In this document: in pieces, positions 36,881 to 50,075 of the stretch | How positions within the stretch are numbered: position 1 is the first letter of the stretch | How the letters are laid out: every line of letters starts with the position of its first letter | Assembly (NCBI GenBank): GCA_010909165.1 | Contig: MU008199.1 | Coordinates: forward strand, 514,248-578,247 | Reading direction: 5' to 3' | DNA: 64,000 nt | Source of the DNA: Anthoceros angustus | Lineage: Eukaryota > Plantae > Anthocerotophyta | Notes under the pieces: generated by a model | What the model saw: only the letters and a program-made list of their open reading frames with translations | What the model was told of the DNA's origin: nothing | The model's database searches: none | Made by a program: the position numbers and the translations under genes

Positions 36881-37125
36881 GCCCCATGAGTTCGCTAGCA
36901 AGGGGGATGAAAGCATGGCCTTCCTTCATGGGGTGTACTTGTGAATCTTGGCTCTCGCACCCCATGAGTTTCAATAGCAAGGGGGATGAAAGCATGACCA
37001 TCCTGCACGAGGGTGTACTTGTGAATTTTTGCTATCGCGCCCCATAGTTTCAATAGCAAGGGGATGAAAGCATTGCCTTCTGCACATGGGTGTACTTGTG
37101 AATCTGGGTTGTGGCACACCCCTTT
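36881..37125. repeat. Three 79-bp tandem repeats following a TTTAGGG-like motif
   Basis: 'agcaagggg(g)atgaaagcat...gggtgtacttgtgaat' at 36897, 36976 and 37055; 'gggtttagggtt' at ~36824. Confidence 0.85.
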
Positions 37126-40100
37126 GCCGCCCAACTCGGAGGGATGATGATGACATGCTCGCATACGGCATCCCACGCAACCACATCAATAACAAAGACC
37201 TGCTCCCCCTCGACTTCATAATTGAGTGTCAAAAAAGTTATTTTGAGTCTCTTTTACTATTACTACTTGAATTCCAAATAGATTTACCTTCTGGAGCAAA
37301 TTTTTTTAATGTGCCGAAATCAAAAACCATCTTAAATCCTATCGTTACGCCCACAACAAACTCCTACTACTAAGAACCAAGTGATAGCGATGAACCACTC
37401 ATGAGCTGTGGCTCCATTCGACACTAATGTGATACCTTCTCCTTTAGAAGCGTCGAACGTATGCCAATGAGATTCCACCCTTTGTTGCTATTTACCTTCT
37501 AGACATGATAAGTCCCTTTGAGGAGAAAAAAGAGGCTCAACAAGAGGTACTATCCATTTTGCCACTTCATATTATACCTATCACATTTAGAAAGAAAGCA
37601 CAAGCACAAACTTTGCATGTGGCAACATTTGTCGTCGAACACACACAACCATGAGGTGCTTGTTGGGACATTTTGATCAACAACATACATGTTTAAGCTT
37701 GTCCAATTAATATCTAAATATTTTTACGATTCATAAATGTGGCTTTTAGCTGAACACAAGTTTTGCTACATTTGATCTTTGTATATGATTTGAACACTTC
37801 CACCACACAATGATTAGGGGGTTTCAAACTTAGGATGTCGACAACAGCGTATCCGCCCTATTTCGAGGTTGCCTACCCCCGAATATGAACCTCGCAATAC
37901 CAAATCAAATCAGTCTGTTCAATCTTAACTCCCCCGTCTGAAATCGGGGCCGGGTTGTGACGTATTTGTTTGTACCATTGTTCCCGCTGCCTTGCTTCCC
38001 ATTTCATGCTCGTTCGTTGCTCTTGCCCACCGTCCCTCCTTCCCGGCTCCTTTCCTGCCTCGCCCCAACAGGGACCTTGCCCGCTTTCACTGGTGCCCTT
38101 TGCCTATCTCGTCCACCTGGCACATTCTTTGCGGGTATCTTGTTGGCTTCATTGGTCTTTGTAAGAGAGAGAGATCGAAGCAGTGCGGTGGTAGGGGTTT
38201 AGGGTGAGTGGTGTCACGTGCACAGAGCTGTAGCATACACATCCGAGGCGGGGGCGCGAGCGGCGGCATAGCCATCTCTCTTCTGCTGCTGGTGCTCGGA
38301 GCGGCACAATCTGCTGCTCTTCCTTAAAATAAGCGAAATTAAAGCGTGCAGGCCCTCGTATAGCCGTTGTCACTTCAAGGAAGAAGAAAAGTAACCTTCA
38401 CATTGGGAAGAAACCAAATTTGCAGAGAGAAGATTATGAGCGTATTGTCACTTGGCTAGAACATCCGCCCACTGACTGCATGCTTTGGTGTGCTGGCCGA
38501 GACAAGTGTTAGTGACCACTCGCAATTCGGTTGAAGGGCTTGATGTCTTTGGCGATGTAGTAAGCAAAAGGCGGTAAGGGCGCTTATGTCTTGGTGCGAA
38601 AAGCATGAAGGAAAGATTTGCTACTTACAAGGCAAGGTACATGTGGAATGGGGTTTTTGCGTCCCAAAGGCGCAAAGAGGCTAGGCCACATTACCCTCTA
38701 TGTCGTTATAGTCCTAGGATTCGATCCCAAGGGAATGGTTTTGTGTCAAGATTTTCTAAACTATGGGTCCTAGCCCTACCACAACCGATCATCCTTACCC
38801 TACGATGACCACCGTGGAGGTCTCGACCACCGCGCGGGTGCGTTTCAGACCATGATGGTTGATTCAACCAACCGTGTGGGCTCCCTGCACAGGCTACGCG
38901 TACCGTCATGGTCGCTTATCATCTGATTTCACCCGAGCCCAGCGGGGTCTCACACACACACACACACCTAGACTCACACCTGTTCTAATTCTCTCACGCG
39001 AAGTCCGTGCTCGAGACTTTCGGGGAATTAGGCACCACGCTCCTCGAATACGCGATGTCTCGCTCGGCTGACCCTCAGCACCCTCACCTCTCGCCCGCCC
39101 TTTCTATCATTCGCGTTTTCTCAAAGCGCAGCGCATTCCCCTTCCCCTCTGACCGCACGCTCACCCCTTCAAGAACCTTCCCCACACATGGATACCCCCT
39201 CTTCCTCTTTCGGGCCACACAAACCTTACCACGGGCCACAGACCCCCTCATTAGAATTAAACACGTTCGATGGGCGGCTTTCTGGAGGGAGGAGGAGGAG
39301 GCAGTCACAAGACGGCGATTCACCGGCGATCTCACCAGGCTTTCGCGGCAACCTCGCCTCCCTTTCGGCCGGCGCCTCACCAATTCTTGTCAGGCGTGGG
39401 CTTGGCCACTCCGGCTCTCGACCATCGAGGATCTTCCGGTCTTCTTGTGGCAGAAACGAGCGATATGCGAACCGTTCGGTGTTGACGACGTCTCTAATCA
39501 ACCCCGTGAGATTCGATACACGGAAGTTCCACACAAAATAAATACATTAAGAGAGACACTCAAAGGTCTCTCATACATCTATTACTGCGCCACGACACTC
39601 TCTCGATGTCTAAAAATTGTAGCTCCTACCACGAGCACCCCTACAATCCGAACCATTCTGACTCTGCGAGCTCTGAACACCCTATCCCCTAACCCCAAAG
39701 GCTGTGCTCGGACCTACATGTCGCCCCCACACACAGCCTCCCGTTCTTGCCTAGCTCTACCCACAGGGGTCCTCTCGCTCTCGGCCCACGCCCGATCCGA
39801 GCGATTTTCCCCAAAACCTCCACCTCGCTCTCGCTGCCACTGCGGTTTCCTCGCGCCTTCGGACGCGCCACTGCAGCCCTCTACATCCGTTGTTCCGCTC
39901 CTCCTCACTAGATGTGCCCATACCGTGTGCTCCTCCTCCATGCTCTAGCCTCGCCTCGCTCATCTCCTCGGCTACTTGCGGGAGGTAGGCCAGCTCACCT
40001 CGTCAAGAAACCACCGTAGCCTTTGGCGGTCCAAGATGTGCGGCGATGTTCTCGCCCCCGTCCCCAACAACCACGCACATGTTTAGGTGAGCACCGCTCA

Positions 40101-41449
40101 CCATGCGGCGAAGCGGGACATGAGCAGGCATCCAGGCCCGCCAATATGCCTTCCGATACGGAGGTCCTTACCCTCCTCCTGTGGACAATCCCCGGCCCGG
40201 CTGCTGGGTTTCTGGGATCTGCCCCCATCCGGCGGTACTCTCATGGGTGGCTTCCCCACCTCGGTTCCTCCTTCCGGTGCCGTGGCGTTTAGCCACCGTG
40301 GTGGTTACTCCAGGTGGTTGCTTGGCCCCCGCCGGCTGGCCAGCCTTTCTTGATTGCCGCCTCTCCTGACTCCCTAGCTTCTCTCTCCGCTTGTACCTCC
40401 ACGCCTTCTGAATTTCTCAGGCGCCATTGTTTCCACCTTCTCCGGACTCACGAGACCTCATCTTGAAGCTCCTCAAGTGCTATGCGCCCCTGACTGATTC
40501 ACTAAGGCCTCTGTTGGGTGGCCCTTGTAAGCCTCTGTGCCTTGCATGGCCGCCAGACCTCCGTCTGCGCTCCTCTGCCACCTTGTTCTCGCCTTCCAGG
40601 GCTCTCCAACTTTTCCTGAGCAACCTCATGTTGTCCCTGCACACCCAGGTGAGAGCCATGGCTGAGTCGAGGAGATCCGCTGCTCTGAGCCATGGCGTCA
40701 GGGCCCAAAATTCCCAATTGTTCACCCGCACTTCCCGAGTCTTCTCTTTCTTTGGGGTGTCAATTATGGCTCCCATCCTCACATGCTTGCCCATACACTT
40801 TCCGAAAGAGCCCCAAATCCAGTTTGTGCCTCTTCCTCGGCTGCCCTCTTGCGACTGGTTCTCAGTGCCGGGCGCACTCTTGCATAATCTTTGTCATCGT
40901 CCGTAACACCATTTCTTCTCCATAAATTGCCAGCCTCCTGCACAGTCATAGCTCACTCCAGTGGTCCATGTTGGGCGGCTGTGAGTGGAGATTTCGGCCG
41001 CAGGGTGCCATCTCCCTTCCTCCTTGTTTCCCGAAAAAAAGCTCAACCCCTGCAGACCCGGGTCGAGAAAAAGGAACACACCACCCTTGCACGCTCCTTC
41101 CACTCCTCTTGTGGCCCTCTTGCCTCTGCCTCCTCGCTAGTTCGCCAACACTGGTTTCCTTCCTCCTCCATGCCCGCTGACGACGCTTGATTCAGCCCTG
41201 CGACAACAAACAGAGACTCGCCCAGCGCAGCTGCGCGTTAAATGCCACGCCGTAGCTCACTCCGTCGTCCTCTCTTGAAATTCTCGCGCGGCCGGTGTGT
41301 CCTTCTCTCGGGCCATGCCCGGCATCGCTGCCCCAGCTCGCCACTAGGGTTGTAAACTCCCTCACAGTGTCACGTCCGTTCTTGCCACCGTGGTGGAGCT
41401 AGCCACCTCCCACTTGACTACCCAATCGCGGTGAACCTTGTGAGCATTC

Positions 41450-42600
41450 CTAGCATATATAGACACCTCGGGCAAAATCACCGACCAGGACTCTATTTCC
41501 GACCTCCAACAAACGAAAAATTATTAATTATCACCAAGGGCCAAGGACCATTCCGTTATAAAAGGCCCTTGCAGATTCTCAAAGCACTTTGCTATACTAT
41601 GCAAAACAAAAATCGCTCATCCCGGAGGAGAGGGGTTAGTGTACATGTGGTCTTCCACACATATGAAGGCGAGAGAGGCAAGGGACAATTAGTTTTGGTG
41701 TGTAGAGGAGGAAAAATGGTATTTTTATCAAATTGAGCATACAAATTATGTGTGCTCGGTTTGAACGCATGGACTTTTGTTTGGAGCCAAAGCAAATGTG
41801 GAGCCATTATTTGAGCTAGAATGGTGCAGACAGAGAAGGCCAGCAAGCTCCTTTAATTGGAGAATTCCTACCTCGGTTTCGCAAGTATTCAAGATCCCGA
41901 CACCTCCTTGGTTTAGCGAAGGAGACTCACGGTGTCCAAACGATGAATGAATCTCAAATTCACGAAGAATGTGAATCACAACCTCAAGATTACGAACTTA
42001 GATGAGGACAATGCTTTCCCAAGTGAAGTCCCGATGGTGGGAGGCTTTCCATATTAGGCATGAGATGAACTTAAATGAGGCGGTGCCACCTTAGTGAAGT
42101 CGTTGATGGTGGGAGGCTTTCCATATCGAAGAAGAAACAACGTTCGAGGGCGCTTCTCCATTTTATGCAGGCGTGTGCGAACAACACCTCTTGATGAGCG
42201 CAAGGCACCTCCAAAGGCGGATCTTGGGCCTAGCGTGGGGCATCCGAAATGCTTTGCTGCGCCTATCGTGATGCTACAATTCTGAATGAATGTAAGTCGT
42301 TACCGCTACCAACAAATACATGCAAGAAGCAATGTTTTGTTTGCAGTGTGGGTCTTCGCTACTCGCGAGCAAGCGTCGTCTTGATTCGGAGAAAATGGAG
42401 CTCTCTAGGAGGAAAGTCAATCTAAACTACGGTGGGAGAAGGAAAAATGGGAGATGGAGAGGCGGATCGGAAGGAGCAAGCATTATTGCGGCAACAACGT
42501 AAGGAGGAGGCGATGGCGTTTGAGGATACAAAAGTTGCTCATTACGTGGAAAAGAGCTCTGACGGCGAGCAATTGGAGCATATGCTAAAGTTCATTTGAT
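41450..42600 (+). pseudogene. Probable second (DNA-binding/coiled-coil) ORF of the Harbinger-type element, degenerate
   Basis: Convergent with the transposase; fragments resemble 'P.YFELE' and the charged tail 'KRRLDSEKMELSRRK..EKEKWEMERR'. Identification rests on position and weak motifs. Confidence 0.4.
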
Positions 42601-42629
42601 TGGCGAAATATAGCTTCCCTTCTAGGTGT

Positions 42630-43841
42630 TTGAGGACAACAAAACCAAGTAAGGCTTGCAAGCGTTGTGGCAAATGATATCTTCATGCTTCGGTGGGACA
42701 AAGGAAGAACTCCACGTTAAGTAATTTATGCGAAGAGTAATCATCTTGAGAGACTCACGAAAACTCTCGTGAATGGTACTAGCCCCAACAACTTCACGAA
42801 GACTCTACTTGGTCACCTTCCTCCGAGCATGTCTGTCCATGTATCACCAAGGCGAGCTAACATGTTATGAAGAACACAACATGTCGCAACCCGGACTACC
42901 TCCGCATATCCGAGGACATCTTATGCTGCCTCATTTCTCGGGAGGCCAACCAAAATACCTGCGTGCTCATTCCTAACTCTACTTTTGGCAAGGCAAAAAT
43001 TGAATTACGCATTTTCGGCACATTTGAGCGGGAGCCTTATGCGCAGCATATGTACAAACCGTGAGGCGGATATGCAGTGATGGGATCCTTGCAGAGCACG
43101 GAGGACAACCCACATGCGGCGTGATTCGTTTGTCAACATCGCAAACCACTTGCATGTTGATGGAATACAAAGAGAGGTAGTGCAAGCTTAGTACTCGTGT
43201 CTTGGAGTTCTGACAAGCCCTCAAAACACATATTGTAGCATACCTTCTTTTGATCAAAGTACACTTCGCCATCCACACGGTTTTTGTGATAGTGGTAATG
43301 TGGTGCCGTCTATAAAACCCACACACTGAAACCTTCCTCTTGCATGACACGTCCAAGCTCTCGGCGTCTTCCTGCAGACTCTAGCCAACCATCAAATTGA
43401 GCAAGTATAGCTATCACTCGGTTGGTAAATAGGCAATAGTTCACCAACCCCAAATATGGCTTGCATCTTGCCGGCCTAGCTCCATTGCCATTAGCCCCAA
43501 CCTACATAGGGTCAAAGCCAATTGCCAAGCCTTTTGGGAACAAGAACCATTGTTGAAAACGGATGACCCTCAAGGGTGAAGAGTGACACCAAGAAGCCCG
43601 GAGGTGCGAAATAGTTGCCTAAATTCCTCGTCGGCAATCATGGAGAAAGAATCGAAAAGAAGTGCAGGCGATGTCTGGGCTCTCGGAGACAAATAGCGAG
43701 GCACAAGAAAAAGAAAAGGTCAACAGCCTCATCTCCATCGAGATTCGGAGGATGGCGATTCAAGGATGAGTCCTCAACAGGCGACGCAATCCACACGGAA
43801 AGGTCGCTCAAAAACTCTTGCCTCTCGGACTTGTAAGGCAT
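42630..43841 (-). pseudogene. Harbinger/PIF-type DDE transposase, frameshifted
   Basis: Starts MPYKSERQEFLSDL (ATG 43841). Motifs 'CVGFIDGTTLPLSQKP', 'YSINMQVVCDVDKRI' and 'RVRNEHAGIL', plus a C..LHN-like motif. Confidence 0.8.
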
Positions 43842-45104
43842 GGTTGTTCTCCTTTTCCAGCGACCACCGGACTTGGGTTTCGGTTGAAGCGCCCGCAAGC
43901 CCAAGCAAACGATTGCGTCTCGGCAACGCCAGCTGATATCGTGAGCCGTCCAGGGCTGATATACAAAGCCAGCAGGTGCGACCCTGCTGGATATGATTTC
44001 GCGATATCAGCTCGCATTTCCTTACGAATACTCGTCGGATACATCTGGGTTCGTATTTCCATTTCAGCTCCATTTTGCACAAGTTTGAAACCCCCTATTG
44101 AACCATATATTTCATACTTTCAATCTTACACAACTAGCTATTCAATTTCTCCTCTATTGGAGTACCAAGTCCAAAGCATTATGTGTATGGCGGATAGAAC
44201 TCTTAGAAGCCTTCCACCGTGTTTATCTCTATGAATTGTAGTCTTTGCTGATGATATGAAACCCTGTTTCTCTCTATGAATTGTGGTCTTTGCTTGTGAT
44301 GTAAACTTGGAACAAAGCGCACAGCTCGAGGAGCCTTACGAAACAAAGACATAAAGAGACAAAAGGCAGCATCCATTGGCAATAGTCTACGACACGAGGC
44401 AAACTCTCAACTAGGTACCTAGATAGTCAAAATATCTCTAGCAGCTGGATATTGGTATCGTGTAGGTGCCACAAGAGATCCTAACGCAGGGTATGGAGTG
44501 CCGATCTCGCGTTTCACGGTGTTGAGGCAGAATCCAAGCTGCGCGCAGTGAAGATTAGAAAATTATAAAAATTCGGGTGGCACTGGTGCAGGCTCGAAAA
44601 TTTGTACCGAGGGGACGAAAAGAAAGCGAAAGCGGAGCGGCGGCAACGGAGTATGTTCACGTTCCCGAGCTGGTGGCCTGGTGGAGCGGGGGCCTTCCTT
44701 TCCTCATCTCCTTCCTCCTTCCTGGGCAATCACTTGCCTGTTTCGCCTGTCAGAAGATTCTATTCCGCGCTGCGCCGCGCCCCACCGCTTCTCTCCTCGC
44801 CCGCTGGCAGCGCCTTTTGGGACTCGCATTGTCACGGCGCCGGGACACCACTCCGCCAAGCTCATCGCGCAGCCCGGTAAATGCCACAGGAGCCGGCCTG
44901 GCATTGGTGCTCCTGCTGCCGCACTCTTGCTGTCGTGACGACCTGTGCTCGGGATTTCTGGCTCCGTGGAGCAGCTGAGGCCGCTGCATTGTGGGTGGTG
45001 GGTGGCGGGTAGAGGCGGTGGATTGTGGGTTGTGGGCGGTGGGCAGCAGGCGCAGGAGGTGGATCGGAGGAGACTGGATGATTTGGGTCTGAGAGACTGG
45101 CAGG

Positions 45105-48100
45105 ATGAAGGTGGCAGTGGTGGGCGCCGGGGTTGCTGCTGCCCACACCAGCAGGCCGGCGCCAGTGTGGTGCTGTATGAGAAGGAGAGCTACCTGGGAG
45201 GGCATGCCCGGACCTTGAGAGTGGATGGGGTGGACGTGGATGTTGGGTTCATGGTGTTCAACCGGGTATGCGACACTGAGGCAATGAGACAATGAGGTTG
45301 CCGAGGCTGTTGGTTTAGTGATGCTTGTGGTCACAATTCTTCGTCTGGGTTGTGTGCAGGTCACGTATCCCAACATGCTGTCTCTGTTTGACGAACTGGA
45401 CGTGGAGACTGAGGAGTCCGACATGTCCTTCTCTGTGAGCCTGGAGGGTGGGAGGGGCTGTGAGTGGGGGAGCAAAGGGCTTGGGGACTGTTTGCACAGA
45501 AGAGGAATGCGGTTAATCCTTTCTTCCTGCACATGATCAAGGAGATTGTCAGGTTCAAGGCCGACGTTCTGAAGTAAGCTACGGAGACCGCGGATCAGTA
45601 CACCTGTGGAAGGTCTCTCGATATGGAGTCCAAGTTTTCTGAAAACAGCGACAATGTGGGTTGTTGTTTTGCTTGCCTCAGATACCTGGAGAGGTTGGAG
45701 AATCAGGACGTGTCGATTGACAGGAATCAGACACTGGGCGGCTTTCTTGATTCGCATGGCTACTCCCAGAAGTTCAAAGAAAGCTATTTTGTGGGTGATT
45801 GCAGTCTGTGGATTGACTTTTGATAAGTCTCGCCAGATTTATTTTTGTCACTGCCTGGGAAATGCGGCTTCATAACCTGGGCAGATGTACGGCAGATTCC
45901 TGTGTGTGCGTCGATATGGTCCTGCTCTTCTGAGACAGTGATGAACTTCTCCGCAGCTTCGATTCTGACCTTTGCCGGAACCATCATCTTCTCCAGGTGA
46001 GAGTGGCCATGAGATTTTAGAGGAATCGGATTTAGGCTTGCCGAAGCATGTCCTGCGTACTGATCGTTGCTGAACGTGAGGCCTGTCATTCAGATTTTCG
46101 GTCGGCCCCAGTGGCTCACTGTCAAAGACAGGTCAGAGACTTACGTCAACAAGGTTGGTGATGTTGTGCAAATGCTTGATGACGGCAGATGGGCCAGTGC
46201 GAATCATGCAACCGTTGTGGCCGTAGCATGTCTTCCTGAAGTGACATGATGCCTGGCAGATCACTTCAATTTTCGAGAGTCTGGGCGGTGAAGTCAGAAC
46301 ACAGTCTAACGTCGTGCATGTGTCGAGCACCGAAGAAGGTGACCCCTTCAAGCCTGTTTGCCGGGCCCGGCACCTGCTGTTTTCCTCCTCACTCAGAAGA
46401 GTCATGGCATATTGCAGGTGTGGAAGTTGTTGACGACAAGGGCAGGAGTGACGTCTTTGACAGATGTGTGGTAGCCCATGCCCCAGACGCCCTGGCAATG
46501 CTCGGGGAGAACGCCACCTTTGAGGAGCGCAGCATTCTCGGAGCTTTCCAGTACAGTCCTAGGTAATCGTTGTAGATGGTCTGTTGCATCATGTTTTCCT
46601 ACTGAGAAGGATGATTCGCAAACTTGTGTGATGTTCATCACGGCAGTGATATCTACCTACATCGTGATGCCAAGTTGATGCCAAAGAATCCTGCTGCTTG
46701 GTGTGCCTGGAACTTTCTGGGAGACGTGGGCGGACGAGTTTCTGTGACCTATTGGTTGAACACGTTACAGGTGCTTCAATCTTCTAGCTTGTTCTGCTGC
46801 TGTGTTGCCGTGGCCCGCTCCTCCGTCTGTTGTCTCATAGGCCTTCTGCTCCGCAGAATCTGGGAGATACAGGACGTCCAATACTTGTGACGCTCAATCC
46901 ACCAAGCCCTCCTCAGCACATCGTGACAACATGGCAAACCAGCCACCCTATTCCATCTCCGGCCGCTGTCACTGCATCACACCGTCTGCAAGAGATACAG
47001 GGCAAGAGACAAATTTGGTTTTGTGGTGCTTACCAAGGTAACATGCTCTGTGCACCTGGATCTGCCCATATCAAAGGCCCTGCAGTCCCTGACCTCCTCG
47101 GCTGGTTCTGTCCATTCTGACAGGCTACAGCTTCCATGAGGACGGCCTCAAGGTACTGTCAGTACTGCAAGTGGCTTGCATCTCTTTTAGGGTCCAGGCT
47201 ACCAACTGACGTGTCTCTGGTGCAGGCAGGATTGGCAGCCAAACGGTCTGCTTGGGCAAAAGTTCGAGCCTTTGAAAAATCCGAAGCAAATGGTCGTCTC
47301 ATGGTCGGAATTCGCAGCACGCCTCGCCGTTATCACTTTCTTGCGGACCTTTATTCAGACAGGACATCTTCAGTGAGTAACTGGTGCCCGGGGGTGGTCT
47401 ATGTGTGGTCTGGATCATTGTTGAGGATGGTTTTCTCTTGTAGACTGCTAGAAGATGGGGGATCGGTTGTGGACTTCGTAGGGCGCGAGAAGGGGTGCAA
47501 CGTCAAGTGCGTCCTTCGTGTGCACAGTCCTGCATTCTATTGGAAGGTCCGCTTCAGAACCTGGTGGTTCAGCTCTCATGTTGTGGACTTGATCTTAACA
47601 GATTGTGGAATAAGTGCTATATGCGGCACCTGAATGTCCTCTGGCAAATGGATTGTGGAGCAGGTGGCGTCCAGGGCAGATTTGGGACTTGCAGATGCGT
47701 TCATCGACGGAGATATATCCCTGTAGACTCAAGGAATGGCCTTTTCAATCTCTTTGTGGTAATTCTCTCACTTCTCCTGCTGTGCCCAGTTTCGCCTAGC
47801 ATCAATCAAATGACATGAGCTTGCGTTGGTGCCCAGATTCTGGTCGCCAATAGGGACCACAACAAACTTTCGGCACCTCAGCAGAACAGCAGGTAAAGTT
47901 CTTCTTGCTGGCTTCGTGCATGAACGGCATCGATCTCAACCTTGTCGACATGTCTCTGCAGGGGTGGTGGAGTCCTGTGATTCTAACGTCATTAGTTGGT
48001 TCTGTATCATATCTTCGACATACCTTCCGCCAGAACACCCTCACCAACGCTCGTAGAAATATTTCTCAACATTATGATCTGGTCTGCCACACTTCCAGAT

Positions 48101-49806
48101 CCTGTCCCTTCTTCCCTGTAATCCACTCTTCCTTTGATGTTCTACAGTCTTAATGTTACTGCTCCAGCTGATGTGAAAACTGATGGTGTCCAGAGCAATG
48201 ATATGTTCTCTCTTTCTAGACGAGACGATGACGTACTCATGTGCAATATTCAAGGTGCCCTCAGGCTTCCTCCAGCTGTGCATTCTGCGTCCTGGATCTC
48301 CGCCTGCAGTGAAACTGAAAACAAGTATTCTAATGCTACAGGGCCCTGAGGAACCTTTGGTGGATGCACAAGCGGAAATTGAATCACCTGGTCAACAAGG
48401 TTGTTCCTGCTTGCACTTAGCTTGTCATCTCATGAGTGTTGCCACCATGATTTCTCCTCATTTTCTGTAACGTTGCTTCTCTATTTGGCAGGCCAGGATA
48501 AAAGGCACACACGAGGTGCTAGAAATCAGGTTCAGTTGGGGCAGCCTAGCGTTAGCAATTGTTCAGCAGACCGGGTGCAAGTACACAGGCATCACCCTCT
48601 CCGAAGAGCAGTTGAAATACGCTCGAAGGCTTGAAGCTGGCCCAGTTGGAGGTATCTTCCGAACCAGGGGCATGCTCAAGCCGTTCGATGTCCTGCCAAC
48701 CTCTGATGCATCTTTGCAGTCCGTGCGAGAACCTGACAACGTTGGTTCTGTCTTTTGACAGGATAAGATCACCCTAAAGCTCTGTGACTACCGTTCTTTA
48801 CCTGGATATCACAAGTATGACCGGATTGTGTCATGGTGCGTGCATTTCGCTTCAAGTTCCTGTGACCCAAATTCTTGCTTCAATGCAAGGAAGCGCGATG
48901 TTAACCTGTCCGATGCAATCTTTTGCCAGCGAGATGTTGGAAGCAGTTGGTCACGAATACTACCAGAGTTCTTCAGACGATGCGATCACCTTCTGGCCAA
49001 AGACGGTCTCCTAGTCGTACAGGTTGTTCCCTGTTCCAACTGCTGTTGCAACCAACACTTTCCGGTTCCTTCATACTAGCGTCCCTGCTGTTCCGACAGG
49101 TTATCTCTATACCAGAAGAAGGTACGAAACATACCGTAGAAGTTCAGACTTCATTAAAAGTACATCTTCCTGGCGGAAGCACTCCCTCGCTGAGCACTCT
49201 TACAGCAGCTATGGCGAACGGATCGTCTTTCTGGTATGGACCCACCGCTATTTTCAAAGAACTCTTCTGCAGCCTGGTAGATCTGACACTCGTTCTTGCT
49301 CTTTTCCAAAACGAGTTCTATGCTGAGACGCAAGCACTCACTGTTGGTTGCTGTCACAGCGTGGGCATGGAGAACATCGGAATACATTACAAGCAAACTT
49401 TGCACTGCTGGCGTGACAAGTTCTTGGGTAACAGCAGGCATGTAACATGCCTAGAGTGGCAACAGTACTTGCTGTCCACTGGCTTGGTGGAAATTTTGTG
49501 CTGAGTCCAGCTAGCTCGTGCTCTGTGATGTTGCAGTGAAGTTCGGAAGCTTGGTTTCAGTGAAGTTCATCCGAACGTGGCATTATTACTTTGACTACTG
49601 TGCTGCCGGCTTCGACTTGCACTCTGGGCAATCTCCAGGTTAGGTCACATTTCCATCTTGCTGGTTACCGGGCTTGATCAATCCCTGCTGCTCATTGTTG
49701 CTGTAGCTCAGTGACTGATGTGATCGGTGATGAACAGATTGTCTTCTCTCGACCTGGGAATGTAGCAGTTCTAGGAGACCCCTCCGCCAGCTTCCCCAAT
49801 GCATGA
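45105..49806 (+). CDS. Plant-type cyclopropane fatty acid synthase (N-terminal FAD-dependent oxidoreductase fused to SAM methyltransferase), ~24 exons, frameshifts probably sequencing errors
   Basis: Exons translate to MKVAVVGAGV, 'LYEKESYLGGHART', 'GFMVFNRVTYPNM', 'FGRPQWLTVK', 'FHEDGLKAG', 'NARRNISQHYDLSN', 'FLDETMTYSCAIF', 'GITLSEEQL', 'EMLEAVGHEY', 'IRTWHYYFDYCAAGF' and 'IVFSRPGNVAVLGDP..*'. Several frameshifts are single-base losses in G or T homopolymers. Confidence 0.88.
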
Positions 49807-50075
49807 GTATTGGCAAGAGTCCACATTGTTCATAACTCCACTCCATTCGATTTATCTTTCACTTCCCACCTTAGATTGTCTAATTTTCTATCAAGACCTA
49901 CACTTAACATTGTTTGATTGGGAGACTACGGATATTTCTATTTTTATGTTAAATACTTCTCCTATGGAATGTACTCACATTTCATAATCCGCCCTTCGGG
50001 TGTGTATTGAAACTTGGCGGTTAATGACGAACCGGGTGGATGAATATCACAATACATCACAATGTATACAGAGTA

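Larger units (their letters stand above)
37816..44096. mobile_element. Complete PIF/Harbinger-superfamily (PHIS) DNA transposon, 6281 bp
   Basis: Perfect 16-bp TIRs AGGGGGTTTCAAACTT (37816-37831) and AAGTTTGAAACCCCCT (44081-44096), with an identical 3-bp flank ATT (37813-37815, 44097-44099). It encloses a Harbinger-type transposase. Confidence 0.85.

Noticed and set aside
38400-38900. APE endonuclease of a LINE on the minus strand
   Set aside because: Only vague ETH and GD-like traces; no convincing conserved motif order.
38214-41374. TGTCACG at 38214 and 41368 as paired LTR starts
   Set aside because: The sequences following the 7-mer are unrelated.
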